A DNA stretch of 64,000 nt from Acidimicrobiales bacterium (GTDB lineage: Bacteria > Actinomycetota > Acidimicrobiia > Acidimicrobiales > RAAP-2), in NCBI GenBank assembly GCA_035702745.1, contig DASSZS010000054.1, forward strand, positions 9,656 through 73,655, written 5' to 3'. Each line of letters opens with the position of its first letter. Position 1 is the first letter of the stretch. Position numbers and translations under genes: made by a program. Positions 36,901 through 48,541 of the stretch are shown piece after piece. The notes under the pieces are model-generated. The model was given only the letters and a program-made list of their open reading frames with translations, ran no database searches and was not told where the DNA came from.

Positions 36901-37512
36901 TCAGTCGCGCGTGCGGAGCTCGTGGGCCCACTCGGTCACGCAGAGGGCGTAGCCGATCTCGAAGACGATCTCGCCCGTGAGCAGGTGGGTGAAGTGCCAG
37001 TCCGGCAGGGAGGCGGCAGCCACCACGCCGCCGACCATCAGCACCCAGAATCCCACGTTGGCCATGGTCGTCGCGCGCCGGCGCATGATGCGCCACGACG
37101 CACCGAGCTGCACGAGCGCCCCGACGACTCCCACCGTCATGTGGGCCCAGTTGAGGAACGCACCCTCGTTGTACGGCGTCACCAGCAGCAGGATCAGCAT
37201 CACCGAGACGACGCGCGCGCTGATCCAGCCCACCGCCTCGATTCCCTCCCCCCGCAGAATCCCGGCGAACCACCACAGTCCCACCGCGGCGACCACGTAA
37301 CCCACCACCGCGAGCACGATCGTCTCGGCGTGCACGCCGTAGTAGGAGATCCCGTCATTTTGGGCGACGTGGTCGTGAATCAACAGCACGCATAGGGCGA
37401 GGGCTCCGAAGAAGACCCCCTGGCTCGCCAGGATGATTCGTCGGGCTCGCTCGTAGGCGACGTCGGCGAGCGACGACTCGACGTCGACGCCGTGGCTCGC
37501 CCCCCCCTCCAT
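36901..37512 (-). CDS. Hypothetical multi-pass membrane protein (DUF998/Frag1-like, tentative)
   Basis: About 6 TM with GISYYG, TPY and HMTVG motifs. Its ATG overlaps the ppa stop (TGATG). Confidence 0.7.
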   Translation of the reverse strand: MEGGASHGVDVESSLADVAYERARRIILASQGVFFGALALCVLLIHDHVAQNDGISYYGVHAETIVLAVVGYVVAAVGLWWFAGILRGEGIEAVGWISARVVSVMLILLLVTPYNEGAFLNWAHMTVGVVGALVQLGASWRIMRRRATTMANVGFWVLMVGGVVAAASLPDWHFTHLLTGEIVFEIGYALCVTEWAHELRTRD

Positions 37513-37994
37513 CAGTCCGTGTAGCGCGCCCTCGAGGCCGCCAACTCCTCGAGCGCGGCGGCTCGGGGGGCGTAGTTCTCGACCTTCACCCACTTACCCT
37601 CTTCGAGGTCCTTGTACACGGTGAAGAAGTGCGAGATCCGGTCGAGGTCGGCCTTGGGGACGTCACCGATGTCCTGGGCGTCCCTCCACTGCTTGTCGTA
37701 GGCCGGGACGCAGATGAGCTTCTCGTCACGTCCCTTCTCGTCGGTCATGACACACATGCCCAGGACCCGGGACTCGATGAGGCACCCGGGGAAGGTGGGA
37801 AAGGCCGTCAGGACTAGCGCGTCGAGGGGGTCTCCGTCGCCCCCGAGCGTGTCGGGGATGAACCCGTACTCAGCCGGGTAGCCCATCGAGACGGTCAGGT
37901 GTCGGTCGAGCTTGATCTGGTGGGACTCGTGGTCGTACTCGTACTTGTTCGCGCTGCCTCGGGGGATCTCGATAATCACGTTGACGGTGTCCAC
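37512..37994 (-). CDS. ppa: Inorganic pyrophosphatase (family I)
   Basis: IEIPRGS-x-NKYEYD, YGFIPDT, DGDPLDALV, DEKGRDEK. GAGGAGG RBS. Confidence 0.95.
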   Translation of the reverse strand: MDTVNVIIEIPRGSANKYEYDHESHQIKLDRHLTVSMGYPAEYGFIPDTLGGDGDPLDALVLTAFPTFPGCLIESRVLGMCVMTDEKGRDEKLICVPAYDKQWRDAQDIGDVPKADLDRISHFFTVYKDLEEGKWVKVENYAPRAAALEELAASRARYTD

Positions 37995-38105
37995 GGCGCC
38001 TCCTCGTACGACGGCTAGCCCTATGGTAGCCAGCCCCCCGGTGGGGCCCGCGCGCGGTCCTAGACTCGCCGACGGTCCGGCGACGCCGTGGACAAGGAGG
38101 TCCTC

Positions 38106-38960
38106 GTGGAGAGAATCGGTGTAGTGGGCTGCGGCCTCATGGGTTCGGGCATCGCTGAGGTCGCGGCGCGCGCCGGCGGTCAGGTGATCGTCGTGGAGCA
38201 GGACTTCAAGTCCCTCGAGCGAGGTCGCGAGCGTGTCGACCGCTCGCTCTCGCGAGCCGTCGCCTCGGGCAAGCTGGCCGAGGACGTCGCCGAGCGCACC
38301 CACGCGAACCTCACCTTCACCCTCGAACTCGACGCGCTCGAGGACCGCGAGCTCGTCATCGAGGCGGTCGCCGAGGACGAGGCGACGAAGCTCGAGGTCT
38401 TCGCCACCTTGGACCGGGTCGTGCGCGACACCGACGCACTCCTGGCGACCAACACCTCCTCGATCCCCATCATCAAGCTGGCCATGGCCACCCGTCGCCC
38501 CGAACAGGTCATCGGGATGCACTTCTTCAACCCGGTGCCGGTGCTACGACTCGTCGAGCTCATCTCGTCGCTGCTCACCTCGGCCGAGTCGACGGCCCGG
38601 GCCCGCGCCTACGCCACCGACACCCTCGGCAAGACGGTCATCACCTCGCCGGACCGCGCGGGGTTCGTCGTCAACGCCCTGCTCATCCCCTACCTCCTGT
38701 CGGCGATCCGGATGTTGGAATCAGGATTCGCGAGCGCCGAGGACATCGACACCGGCATGGTCGTGGGCTGCGCTCACCCGATGGGCCCCCTCGCCCTGAC
38801 GGACCTGATCGGCCTGGACACCACGCTCGCCGTGGCCGAGTCGCTCTACGAGGAGTTCAAGGAGTCCCACCTCGCCCCGCCGCCGCTGCTCAGCCGCATG
38901 ACCCAAGCCGGTCTGCTGGGTCGCAAGTCGGGCCAGGGCTTCTACTCGTACCGCGCCTAG
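38106..38960 (+). CDS. 3-hydroxybutyryl-CoA dehydrogenase
   Basis: GVVGCGLMGSGIA, IEAVAEDE, ATNTSSIPI, GMHFFNPV, HPMGPL. Confidence 0.93.
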   Translation: MERIGVVGCGLMGSGIAEVAARAGGQVIVVEQDFKSLERGRERVDRSLSRAVASGKLAEDVAERTHANLTFTLELDALEDRELVIEAVAEDEATKLEVFATLDRVVRDTDALLATNTSSIPIIKLAMATRRPEQVIGMHFFNPVPVLRLVELISSLLTSAESTARARAYATDTLGKTVITSPDRAGFVVNALLIPYLLSAIRMLESGFASAEDIDTGMVVGCAHPMGPLALTDLIGLDTTLAVAESLYEEFKESHLAPPPLLSRMTQAGLLGRKSGQGFYSYRA

Positions 38961-38977
38961 CCCCCTACGCTCGGGGG

Positions 38978-39835
38978 ATGACCGGCGCCGTCACCTACGT
39001 CGTCACGCTGCGATGCCCAGACGCACCGGGCATCGTCCACGCGACGACCTCGGCCATCGTGGCCGTCGGAGGGAACATCCTGGAGAACGACCAGTTCACC
39101 GACCCGGTGACCGGGCTGTTCTGCATGCGCACGCGCTTCGAGACCGGCCTCGGCGAGACCGAGCGGGTGGGCGCCCGCCTCGGTGCGGAGCTGGAGCGAT
39201 TCTCCCCGGACCTACGGGTGCGGCGAGGGGACCAGCGCCGCCGGGCGGTCGTGATGGTCTCGGACCACGACCACTGCCTCGCCGATCTCTTCTACCGGGT
39301 CGAGCACGGCGAGATCCCCCTCGAGATCACGACGGTCGTCTCGAACCACTCGACGCTCGCCCCCCTGGCCCAGCACCACGGGGTCCCCTTCGTCGAGGTC
39401 CCCGTGACCCCCGCGACGAGGGATGAGGCGGAGGACGAGCTGCGACGGGTGGTCGCCCAGTCGGGCGCGGAGTTGATCATCCTCGCGCGCTACATGCAGA
39501 TCCTCACGCCCGCGCTGTGCGCCGAGTTCGAGGGCCGGATCGTCAACATCCACCACTCGTTCCTGCCCGGATTCACCGGCGCGCGGCCGTACCACCGGGC
39601 CTACGAGCGTGGGGTCAAGTTGATCGGCGCCACGGCCCACTTCGTCACGGCCGACCTCGACGAGGGACCGATCATCGATCAAGACGTCGCCCGGGTCACC
39701 CACGCGCGGACCCCCACGGAGCTGGTCGCTATCGGTCGGGACCTGGAGCGCATGGTCCTGAGTCGCGCCGTGAAGTTGCTCGCCGAGGACCGGGTGGCAC
39801 TCATCGGCCCGCGGACGGTCGTCTTCTCCCAGTAG
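38978..39835 (+). CDS. purU: Formyltetrahydrofolate deformylase
   Basis: N-terminal ACT domain (CPDAPGIV), HCLADL, LARYMQIL, NIHHSFLP, RGVKLIGATAHFV. Confidence 0.95.
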   Translation: MTGAVTYVVTLRCPDAPGIVHATTSAIVAVGGNILENDQFTDPVTGLFCMRTRFETGLGETERVGARLGAELERFSPDLRVRRGDQRRRAVVMVSDHDHCLADLFYRVEHGEIPLEITTVVSNHSTLAPLAQHHGVPFVEVPVTPATRDEAEDELRRVVAQSGAELIILARYMQILTPALCAEFEGRIVNIHHSFLPGFTGARPYHRAYERGVKLIGATAHFVTADLDEGPIIDQDVARVTHARTPTELVAIGRDLERMVLSRAVKLLAEDRVALIGPRTVVFSQ

Positions 39836-40003
39836 TGCGCGGGCTCGGCGCGGCCTGGTCGCCGCCGCCGGGACCCACGCGACGCTCCATCTCGGAGAGA
39901 TCCTCCGGACTCGCCCCGGCATCCTCTCTTCCCATCCGACCGTCCGCTACCGTCAGGGCCCAGAGCCGCGTCCGTTCAGCTTCTCGTGGAAGGGAGACCC
40001 GCG

Positions 40004-40543
40004 ATGCCAGGAGACGAGAGCAGCTCTACCTCGCGCATCCTCGTGATGGGGGTGTCGGGCGCGGGCAAGTCCACGGTCGGGCTCGCCCTCGCGGACCGGC
40101 TGGGCTTTCGCTTCGTGGAGGCCGATGACCTCCATCCCCCCCGGAACCGGGCCATGCTCGCCCAGGGGCGCCCCCTCTCGGACCAGGACCGTTTCCCCTG
40201 GCTGCGAGCGGTGGGCGAGCGACTGGCGGCCCCGGGCGTCGTCGTGTCGTGCTCGGCGCTCGCGCGCACCTACCGCAACGTCCTCAAGGCCCACGCGCCC
40301 GACCTGGTGAGCGTGCACCTATCGGTCTCGCCCGACGTGGCCGCCCAACGGCTCGCCGAGCGCGAGGACCACTTCGCCTCCTCGGCACTCCTCGACTCCC
40401 AGTTCGCCGCGCTCGAGCCGCTGGCGCCCGAGGAACGGGGCGTCACCCTCGACGCGACCCAACCCGTCACGACGATCGTCGAGGAGATCGCGACGGTCCT
40501 GGCCCGAGGTCTCGAGCCCTCCTCGGGGGCCGGCGCCCTCTAG
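40004..40543 (+). CDS. gntK: Gluconokinase
   Basis: VMGVSGAGKST, EADDLHP, PLSDQDRFPWL, CSAL, LLDSQF-x2-LEP. Confidence 0.9.
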   Translation: MPGDESSSTSRILVMGVSGAGKSTVGLALADRLGFRFVEADDLHPPRNRAMLAQGRPLSDQDRFPWLRAVGERLAAPGVVVSCSALARTYRNVLKAHAPDLVSVHLSVSPDVAAQRLAEREDHFASSALLDSQFAALEPLAPEERGVTLDATQPVTTIVEEIATVLARGLEPSSGAGAL

Positions 40544-40544
40544 G

Positions 40545-41774
40545 TCAGGTCACCGCGGCGCGCGCGGCGAAGCGCTCGTCGAGGTGGGCGCCGCTCTCGA
40601 CAACCTGCGCGAGACGCTTAACTGCGTCAAAGACGTCGACGTAGCGCAGGTAGAGCGGCGTGAACCCGAAGCGCGCGACGTCAGGTTCGCGGAAGTCGCC
40701 GACGACGCCCGCCTCGGCGAGCGCCCGCACGAGGCCGTAGGCGGCGGGGTGACGCAGCGCCACCTGCGAGCCCCGTCGAGCGTGCTCGCGCGGCGTTATG
40801 ACCTCGAAGACGCCGGGCAGGCGCCCCTCGAGCTGCTCAATGAACAGGTCCGTCAGGGCGAGGCTCTTCGCGCGCACCCCGTCCATCGGGGCCCGCTCCC
40901 AGACCGAGAGTGCGCCGTCGAGGGCGGCCAGGGCCACGATCGACGGCGACGACGTCACGAAGGCCCGCATGCCCGACGCCGACTCGTAGTCGGTCTCGAA
41001 GGCGAAGGGGCGGGCGTGACCGAGCCAACCCGGGAAGGGGTTACGCAGCGCGCCGTGCCAACGCTCGCGCACGTAGCAGAAGGCCGGTGCACCCGGCCCG
41101 CCGTTGAGGTACTTGTAGCCGCACCCCGCCGCGAAGTCCACGTCGGCCCCCTCCACGTCGAGGGGCACCGCGCCCGCCGAGTGCGCGAAGTCCCACAGCA
41201 TGAGCGCCCCGGCGTCGTGCACCGCGCGGGTCACCCCGGCGAGGTCGAGCATCTCCCCCGTGCGAAAGTCCACGTGGGTCAGCATCACGAGGGCGACGTC
41301 GTCGTTGAGGTGCTCGGCGAGCCGCGCGCGATCGATCGTGCGCACGCTCACCCGACGCCCCGCCCTCTCGGCCATCGCGCGCACGATGTAAAGGTCGCTG
41401 TGGAAGTTGGCGGCGTCGGTGAGCACGACGTCGCGATCGGGGCGCAGCTCGAGGGCTCCCCCGATCAGCTTGGCCAGGAGCACCGTCAAGGTGTCGGCGA
41501 CGAGCACCTCGTGGGGGCGGGCTCCGATGAGGGGCGCGAGCCGCTGTCCGAGACGCAGGGGCTGTTCCATCCACCCCTCGTTCCACCCCCGCACGAGCGC
41601 CGTCGACCACTCCCGGTCGAGGACCTCGCGGACCCGGGCCGCCGCCGGCTCGCAGACCGGACCGAGGGAGTTCCCGTCGAGGTAGATCTCCCCCTCGTTA
41701 AGTCGGAACTCACCGCGCAGCGCGGCCAGTGAGTCGACCCGGTCGAGGGCCTCACACTCCTCGCGACTCCTCAT
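40545..41774 (-). CDS. kynU: Kynureninase
   Basis: YLDGNSLG, WDFAHSAGA, GCGYKYLNGGPG (PLP Lys), RGSQV, DFREPD. Confidence 0.93.
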   Translation of the reverse strand: MRSREECEALDRVDSLAALRGEFRLNEGEIYLDGNSLGPVCEPAAARVREVLDREWSTALVRGWNEGWMEQPLRLGQRLAPLIGARPHEVLVADTLTVLLAKLIGGALELRPDRDVVLTDAANFHSDLYIVRAMAERAGRRVSVRTIDRARLAEHLNDDVALVMLTHVDFRTGEMLDLAGVTRAVHDAGALMLWDFAHSAGAVPLDVEGADVDFAAGCGYKYLNGGPGAPAFCYVRERWHGALRNPFPGWLGHARPFAFETDYESASGMRAFVTSSPSIVALAALDGALSVWERAPMDGVRAKSLALTDLFIEQLEGRLPGVFEVITPREHARRGSQVALRHPAAYGLVRALAEAGVVGDFREPDVARFGFTPLYLRYVDVFDAVKRLAQVVESGAHLDERFAARAAVT

Positions 41775-42517
41775 AGCGCACTCCTCACGTCCCACAGCGC
41801 CGGGTAGAGGCGCTGGCCGATCGTCGTCTCAAGGTAGGCCATGCCGGCGCTCCCGCCGGTGCCGGGCCGCCGACCGATCTCGCGACCGGCCATGAGCAGG
41901 TGACGGTGCCTCCAGGTCGCGAGGTTCTCGTCGTGGTCGACGAGCCGCTCGGCCACGGCGTGGAGTGCGGCCCGTTCGGGGGTGGAGTGGTCATGGTAGA
42001 GCGCCGCGAGGCGCTCGAGCACGTCCCCGGGGCCAAGGAACGTCTCGAGGCTCGCGAGGAATCCCGACCACACGTCCGGTTCGGCCGCGACCGCGCGGAG
42101 CCAAGCCCGCTGACGATCCTCGAAGAAGGGGAAGTCGAGCGCGCGCGGGTCGCCGGCGCCCGAGAGGAACTCGATCGCCCGGAACTGGAAGGATTGGAAA
42201 CCCGACGCCGGGTTCAGCGGGTCGCGGAAGCGCAGGAACTCCTCGGGCGACATGATCTCGAGGACCGCGAGGTGGCCGAGCAGAAGCCGGCCGACGTCGA
42301 CCGTGCGTGAGCGCGGCGCCAACGCCCGCCACGGCTCGCTGGCGGCCAGACGCGCCGCGGCCCGCCGTAGCTCGTCAAGCACGACCTTGAACCAGAGCTC
42401 GTAGGCCTGGTGAACGACGATGAAGAGCAGCTCGTCGTCGGCGTCGGCCGTTAGGGGCACCTGAAGGGTCAGCAGGTCGTCGATCCTCAGATAGCTCGAA
42501 TAGTCGGTCGCGGCCAC
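41771..42517 (-). CDS. kynA: Tryptophan 2,3-dioxygenase
   Basis: YSSYL, ELLFIVVHQAYELWFK, ASGFQSFQFR, GTGGSAG. Confidence 0.9.
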   Translation of the reverse strand: MAATDYSSYLRIDDLLTLQVPLTADADDELLFIVVHQAYELWFKVVLDELRRAAARLAASEPWRALAPRSRTVDVGRLLLGHLAVLEIMSPEEFLRFRDPLNPASGFQSFQFRAIEFLSGAGDPRALDFPFFEDRQRAWLRAVAAEPDVWSGFLASLETFLGPGDVLERLAALYHDHSTPERAALHAVAERLVDHDENLATWRHRHLLMAGREIGRRPGTGGSAGMAYLETTIGQRLYPALWDVRSAL

Positions 42518-42539
42518 GGTGCCCAACCCTACGCCCGCT

Positions 42540-44219
<1,680 letters not shown>

Positions 44220-44292
44220 CCCACCAGTCTGGCCGAGGACGCACGGGTTCCGAGCGGGTCGTGACGCGACAGGCCACCCGTACACTCGAGCG

Positions 44293-45756
44293 GTGCCCAC
44301 CACGACCTTCACCCGGACCCGTCACGCTCCGGACTGGCTGATCCTCTCGATCGCGTGCCTCGCTCAGTTCATGGTGGTGCTCGACGTGTCGATCGTCAAC
44401 GTGGCGCTACCCCGCATGAGCCACGATCTCCACTTCACGATCACGAGCGCCCAGTGGGTCGTAAACGCCTACGTGCTGACCTTCGCCGGCTTCTTGCTCC
44501 TCGGGGGTCGAGCGGCCGACTACTTCGGGCGCCGCCACGTCTATCTGGCCGGCATCGCCGTGTTCACGCTGGCGAGCATCGGCGCCGGATTCGCGGCCTC
44601 GGGGTCGCAGATGGTGGCCGTGCGGGCCCTCCAGGGGCTCGGAGGCGCCATCGTGTCGCCGGCGACGCTCACCATCATCGTCACCACCTTTCACGGCCCC
44701 CGTCTCTTGAAGGCCATCGGCGTCTGGAGTGCGGTGGCCGGCGCCGGCGGCGCCGTGGGCGGGCTCCTCGGGGGGATCCTGACGGGCCTCGCCTCGTGGC
44801 GCTGGGTCTTTTTCATCAACGTGCCCCTAGGCGTCCTGGCGGGCGTCGCGGCCACGATGTACCTGCGCGAGATGCGCAACACGGACGCCTCCGCCAAGCT
44901 CGACGTGACCGGCGCGGTTCTCGTGACCGGTGGGTTGGCCGCGGTGATCTACGCGGTGGTGAATACGACGACCCACCCCTGGGGCTCGTCTGCGACCCTC
45001 GAGTGGATCGTGGGCGGCGGCGTCCTCTTGATCGCCTTTTTCGTCTGGGAGGCGCGCGTCGCCTCGCACCCCTTGATGCCGTTCCGGATCTTCCGATCCC
45101 GGCCGCTCTCGACCGCCAACGGGGTGATGGTGCTCGTGGGCGGCGCCTTCTTCGCCATGTGGTACTTCCTCTCGTTCTACTTCCAGTACGTCCTCGGCTA
45201 CGGCCCGGTCCGCGCGGGCTTCGCGTTCATGCCGATGTCGATCGGCATCATCACCGGAGCCCAGATCTCCTCCCGACTCATCGCCCGGGTCGGGGTGCGT
45301 CCCCTGCTCGTCGTGGGCAGCCTGCTCGCCACCGTCGGCTTCTACTGGCTGTCGTTCGTCCAGACCACGAGCGGCTACTGGGTCAGCCTCGCTCCACCCT
45401 CGTTCTGCTGCGCCTTCGCCATGGGCGTCCTCTTCTCGCCCCTGGCCGCCGCAGCCACCGCCGGGGTGGACCGCGCCGACGCCGGACTCGCCTCGGGAAT
45501 CCTCAACACGGCCCGACAGGTCGGGGGCTCGATCGCGCTGGCGACCCTCGGCACGATCGCGGCCGATCGGACGGCGGCCCTGGTGCGCGCCGGTGTGACG
45601 GGCTTCGCGGGTGCACGCGTCGCCGGCTACGACCGCGTCTTTGAGGTCTCGGCGATCATCACGCTCGCCGCACTCGTCGTCAGCCTGGCCCTACCCCGTC
45701 ACGTGGGGCGCCACCCCGACGGGGCCCGGGCCCCACTCGTCGAGCCGGCAGGCTAG
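44293..45756 (+). CDS. MFS transporter, DHA2 family
   Basis: QFMVVLDVSIVNVALP, GGRAADYFGRR, WRWVFFINVP. Confidence 0.92.
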   Translation: MPTTTFTRTRHAPDWLILSIACLAQFMVVLDVSIVNVALPRMSHDLHFTITSAQWVVNAYVLTFAGFLLLGGRAADYFGRRHVYLAGIAVFTLASIGAGFAASGSQMVAVRALQGLGGAIVSPATLTIIVTTFHGPRLLKAIGVWSAVAGAGGAVGGLLGGILTGLASWRWVFFINVPLGVLAGVAATMYLREMRNTDASAKLDVTGAVLVTGGLAAVIYAVVNTTTHPWGSSATLEWIVGGGVLLIAFFVWEARVASHPLMPFRIFRSRPLSTANGVMVLVGGAFFAMWYFLSFYFQYVLGYGPVRAGFAFMPMSIGIITGAQISSRLIARVGVRPLLVVGSLLATVGFYWLSFVQTTSGYWVSLAPPSFCCAFAMGVLFSPLAAAATAGVDRADAGLASGILNTARQVGGSIALATLGTIAADRTAALVRAGVTGFAGARVAGYDRVFEVSAIITLAALVVSLALPRHVGRHPDGARAPLVEPAG

Positions 45757-45777
45757 TCTCGCCTCCTGCGGGTAGGC

Positions 45778-45785
45778 ATACCCGC
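45778..45785 (+). terminator. 3' arm of a short hairpin GCGGGTA-GGCA-TACCCGC (about 45768-45785) downstream of the MFS gene, possible terminator
   Basis: 7-bp stem just after the MFS stop codon, with no U-tract. Confidence 0.3.
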
Positions 45786-45865
45786 CCGCTCGCGCCCGGT
45801 CGGGGGTACGAGTCACGGCGCGGTCCTCACGGCGATGACCGCACTTCAGACATGGGGAGACATAC

Positions 45866-46963
45866 ATGCGGAGGATCAATCGGCTCGGCGCACTGATCGG
45901 GGCTGGAGCACTCGTCCTCGGGACGGTGACGGTCGGGGTCGCCACGACAGTGTCGGTCGCCTCGGCCGCGGGCAAGTTCAAGGCCTGCGTCGTGACCGAC
46001 ACCGGTGGCATCAACGACCACTCGTTCAACGCCTCGGCCTGGGCCGGTCTGCAGAACGCGGCCAAGAAGGACAAGAACATCACGGCGTCGTACCTCTCGT
46101 CGACCTCGTCGGCGTCGTACACGCCCAACATCAACAAGTTCATCTCCCAGGGTTGCGGCATCATCGTCACCGTCGGGTTCTTGATGGACGGCGCCACGGC
46201 GACGGCGGCTAACGCCCACCCGAACCAGAAGTTCGCCATCGTCGACGACGTGCCGAACGCGCCCAAGTCGCACGGCCTGCTCGCCCTCACCTACGACACC
46301 AACCAGGACGCGTTCCTCGGCGGCTACGTGGCGGCGGCGATGAGCAAGACGGGCGTGGTCGCCACCTACGGCGGCGCGGACATCCCGCCGGTGACCATCT
46401 ACATGGACGGCTTCGTCGCGGGCGTGCGCTACTACGACCTGCACATGCACAAGCACGTCAAGGTCCTGGGCTGGACCCCGTCGAAGGGCAACCGCGCCAA
46501 GGGCCAGTTCAACGGCAAGGGCACCTTCGTGGGCAACTTCACCGACCAGACGGCCGGCAAGACCATCACCTCGGGCTTCTTCGCCGACGGCGCGGACATC
46601 GTCTTCCCGGTGGCCGGTGGCGTGGGCCTCGGCTCAGTCGCGGCCGCTCAGCAGACCGGCAAGAAGCATTCGATCATGTGGGTCGACTCGGACGGCTGCT
46701 TCGCCGAGAAGGCGGACTGCGCCTACTTCATCGGCTCGGTCACCAAGGGCGTCACGACCTCGGTGGAGGACGCGGTCCTGGCCGCGGCCAAGGGCACGTT
46801 CAAGCCGGGTAGCTACGTCGGCACCCTGGCCAACGGCGGCGTCAAGTTCTACTTCGACTCCCCGACGATCCCCGCCTCGCTCAAGGCCAAGGTCCAGCAG
46901 CTGACCAAGGGCATCGAGACCGGCACGATCTCGGTCGACCCGACGAAGTACCCCGTCGGCTGA
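45866..46963 (+). CDS. BMP/PnrA-family nucleoside-binding protein, no lipobox
   Basis: KACVVTDTGGINDHSFN, IVTVGF, FLGGYVAA, GADIVFPVAG. The signal peptide ends in ASA with no lipobox Cys. Confidence 0.9.
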   Translation: MRRINRLGALIGAGALVLGTVTVGVATTVSVASAAGKFKACVVTDTGGINDHSFNASAWAGLQNAAKKDKNITASYLSSTSSASYTPNINKFISQGCGIIVTVGFLMDGATATAANAHPNQKFAIVDDVPNAPKSHGLLALTYDTNQDAFLGGYVAAAMSKTGVVATYGGADIPPVTIYMDGFVAGVRYYDLHMHKHVKVLGWTPSKGNRAKGQFNGKGTFVGNFTDQTAGKTITSGFFADGADIVFPVAGGVGLGSVAAAQQTGKKHSIMWVDSDGCFAEKADCAYFIGSVTKGVTTSVEDAVLAAAKGTFKPGSYVGTLANGGVKFYFDSPTIPASLKAKVQQLTKGIETGTISVDPTKYPVG

Positions 46964-46970
46964 CCCTCAG

Positions 46971-47015
46971 CTCACGACGAAGGCCCGGGCCTGTGGCCCG
47001 GGCCTTCGTCGTGAG
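46971..47015. terminator. Perfect 21-bp stem-loop between the binding-protein gene and the ATPase gene
   Basis: CTCACGACGAAGGCCCGGGCC-TGT-GGCCCGGGCCTTCGTCGTGAG. Confidence 0.8.
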
Positions 47016-47029
47016 TACTATGACCTTCC

Positions 47030-48541
47030 ATGCGTCTCGAACTTCGAGGCATCACCAAGAAGTTCGGTTCGCTCACCGCGAACGACCGCATCGACCTCGT
47101 CGTTGAGCCGGGGCAGATCCACTGTCTGCTCGGGGAGAACGGCGCCGGCAAGTCGACCTTGATGAACGTGCTGTTCGGCCTGCTCCAGGCCGACGAGGGT
47201 GAGATCCTCATCGACGGTGAAAAGGTGCGCCTCACGAACTCCGGTGACGCGGTACGCCGCGGCATCGGCATGGTCCACCAGCACTTCATGCTGGTGCCGG
47301 TGTTCACGGTGGCCGAGAACGTCGTGCTGGGCTTCGAGCCCACGAGGTCGCTGGACCGTCTGGACTACGCGCGGGCCCGCGAGGACATCCGTTCGGTCTC
47401 CCGGCAGTTCGGCCTCGAGGTCGATCCCGACGCGACGGTCGAGAGCCTCCCGATTGGACTCCAGCAGCGCGTCGAGATCATCAAGGCCCTCGGCCACGAC
47501 GCGCAGCTGCTCATCTTGGACGAGCCCACCGCCGTGCTCACCCCCCAAGAGGCCGACGCCCTCATGGCCATCATGCGCTCACTGACCGCTTCGGGCAAGT
47601 CGATCCTGTTCATCTCGCACAAGCTGAAGGAGGTCCGCCACGTCTCTGACGTGATCACGGTCATCCGGGCCGGCCGGGTGATCGGCTCGGTCCCGCCCAC
47701 CGCGTCGGAGAACGAGCTGGCCGCGATGATGGTCGGCCGCGAGGTGTCGCTCGTCGTGGATAAGACCGAGGCGGCCCCCCGCGAGCCCGTGCTCGAGCTG
47801 CGCGACCTGGTCGTGCGGGACGACCGTGGCCTCCCGGTCGTCGACGGCGTCTCGCTCGAGGTTCGCGCCGGGGAGATCGTGGCGCTCGCCGGGGTTCAGG
47901 GCAACGGACAGACCGAGTTGGTCGAGGCCATCACCGGGCTTCGTCACGTGGAGTCGGGATCCGTGCGCCTCGCGGGACGGGACATCACCAACCGTCCCCC
48001 GCGCGACATCCTCGACGCCGGCCTCGGCCACATCCCCGAGGATCGACAGCGCGACGGCCTCGTGCTGTCGATGTCGGTGGCCGACAACATGGTGCTCAAC
48101 ACGCCCCGACGGACGCCCTTCGCCCGCCGCGGGACGCGCAACCTGCGCGCGGTGCGTGACCACGCCGAGAGCCTGGTCGAGTCGTTCGACGTGCGCACCT
48201 CGTCGGTGGACGCGCCCCTCAGTTCGCTCTCGGGCGGCAACCAGCAGAAGGTCATCGTCGCGCGCGAGCTCTCCCGGCCCCTCGAGGCGCTGGTCGCCTC
48301 CCAGCCAACCCGCGGTCTGGACGTGGGCTCGATCGAATACGTCCACCGAGAGATCGTCCGGGTGCGCGACGAGGGCCACGCCGTACTCATCGTCTCGTCC
48401 GAGCTCGACGAGGTGATGGCCCTGGGCGACCGGGTCGCCGTCATGTTCCAGGGGCGCATCACCGGGGTCGTGGACCCCTCGACCTCGCGCGAGGACGTGG
48501 GACTCCTCATGACCGGCTCGGCCCCGGCGGGGATCGCGTGA
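47030..48541 (+). CDS. Nucleoside (CUT2/NupA-type) ABC transporter double ATPase
   Basis: GENGAGKST, GMVHQHF, LDEPTAVL, LSGGNQQK, QPTRGLDVG. Confidence 0.93.
   Translation: MRLELRGITKKFGSLTANDRIDLVVEPGQIHCLLGENGAGKSTLMNVLFGLLQADEGEILIDGEKVRLTNSGDAVRRGIGMVHQHFMLVPVFTVAENVVLGFEPTRSLDRLDYARAREDIRSVSRQFGLEVDPDATVESLPIGLQQRVEIIKALGHDAQLLILDEPTAVLTPQEADALMAIMRSLTASGKSILFISHKLKEVRHVSDVITVIRAGRVIGSVPPTASENELAAMMVGREVSLVVDKTEAAPREPVLELRDLVVRDDRGLPVVDGVSLEVRAGEIVALAGVQGNGQTELVEAITGLRHVESGSVRLAGRDITNRPPRDILDAGLGHIPEDRQRDGLVLSMSVADNMVLNTPRRTPFARRGTRNLRAVRDHAESLVESFDVRTSSVDAPLSSLSGGNQQKVIVARELSRPLEALVASQPTRGLDVGSIEYVHREIVRVRDEGHAVLIVSSELDEVMALGDRVAVMFQGRITGVVDPSTSREDVGLLMTGSAPAGIA

Noticed and set aside
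38978-39835. purU near a DHPON-type hydrolase, recalling the Arthrobacter nicotine cluster
   Set aside because: It lies outside the island with its own promoter among housekeeping genes, and there is no mabO, folD or other nicotine gene.
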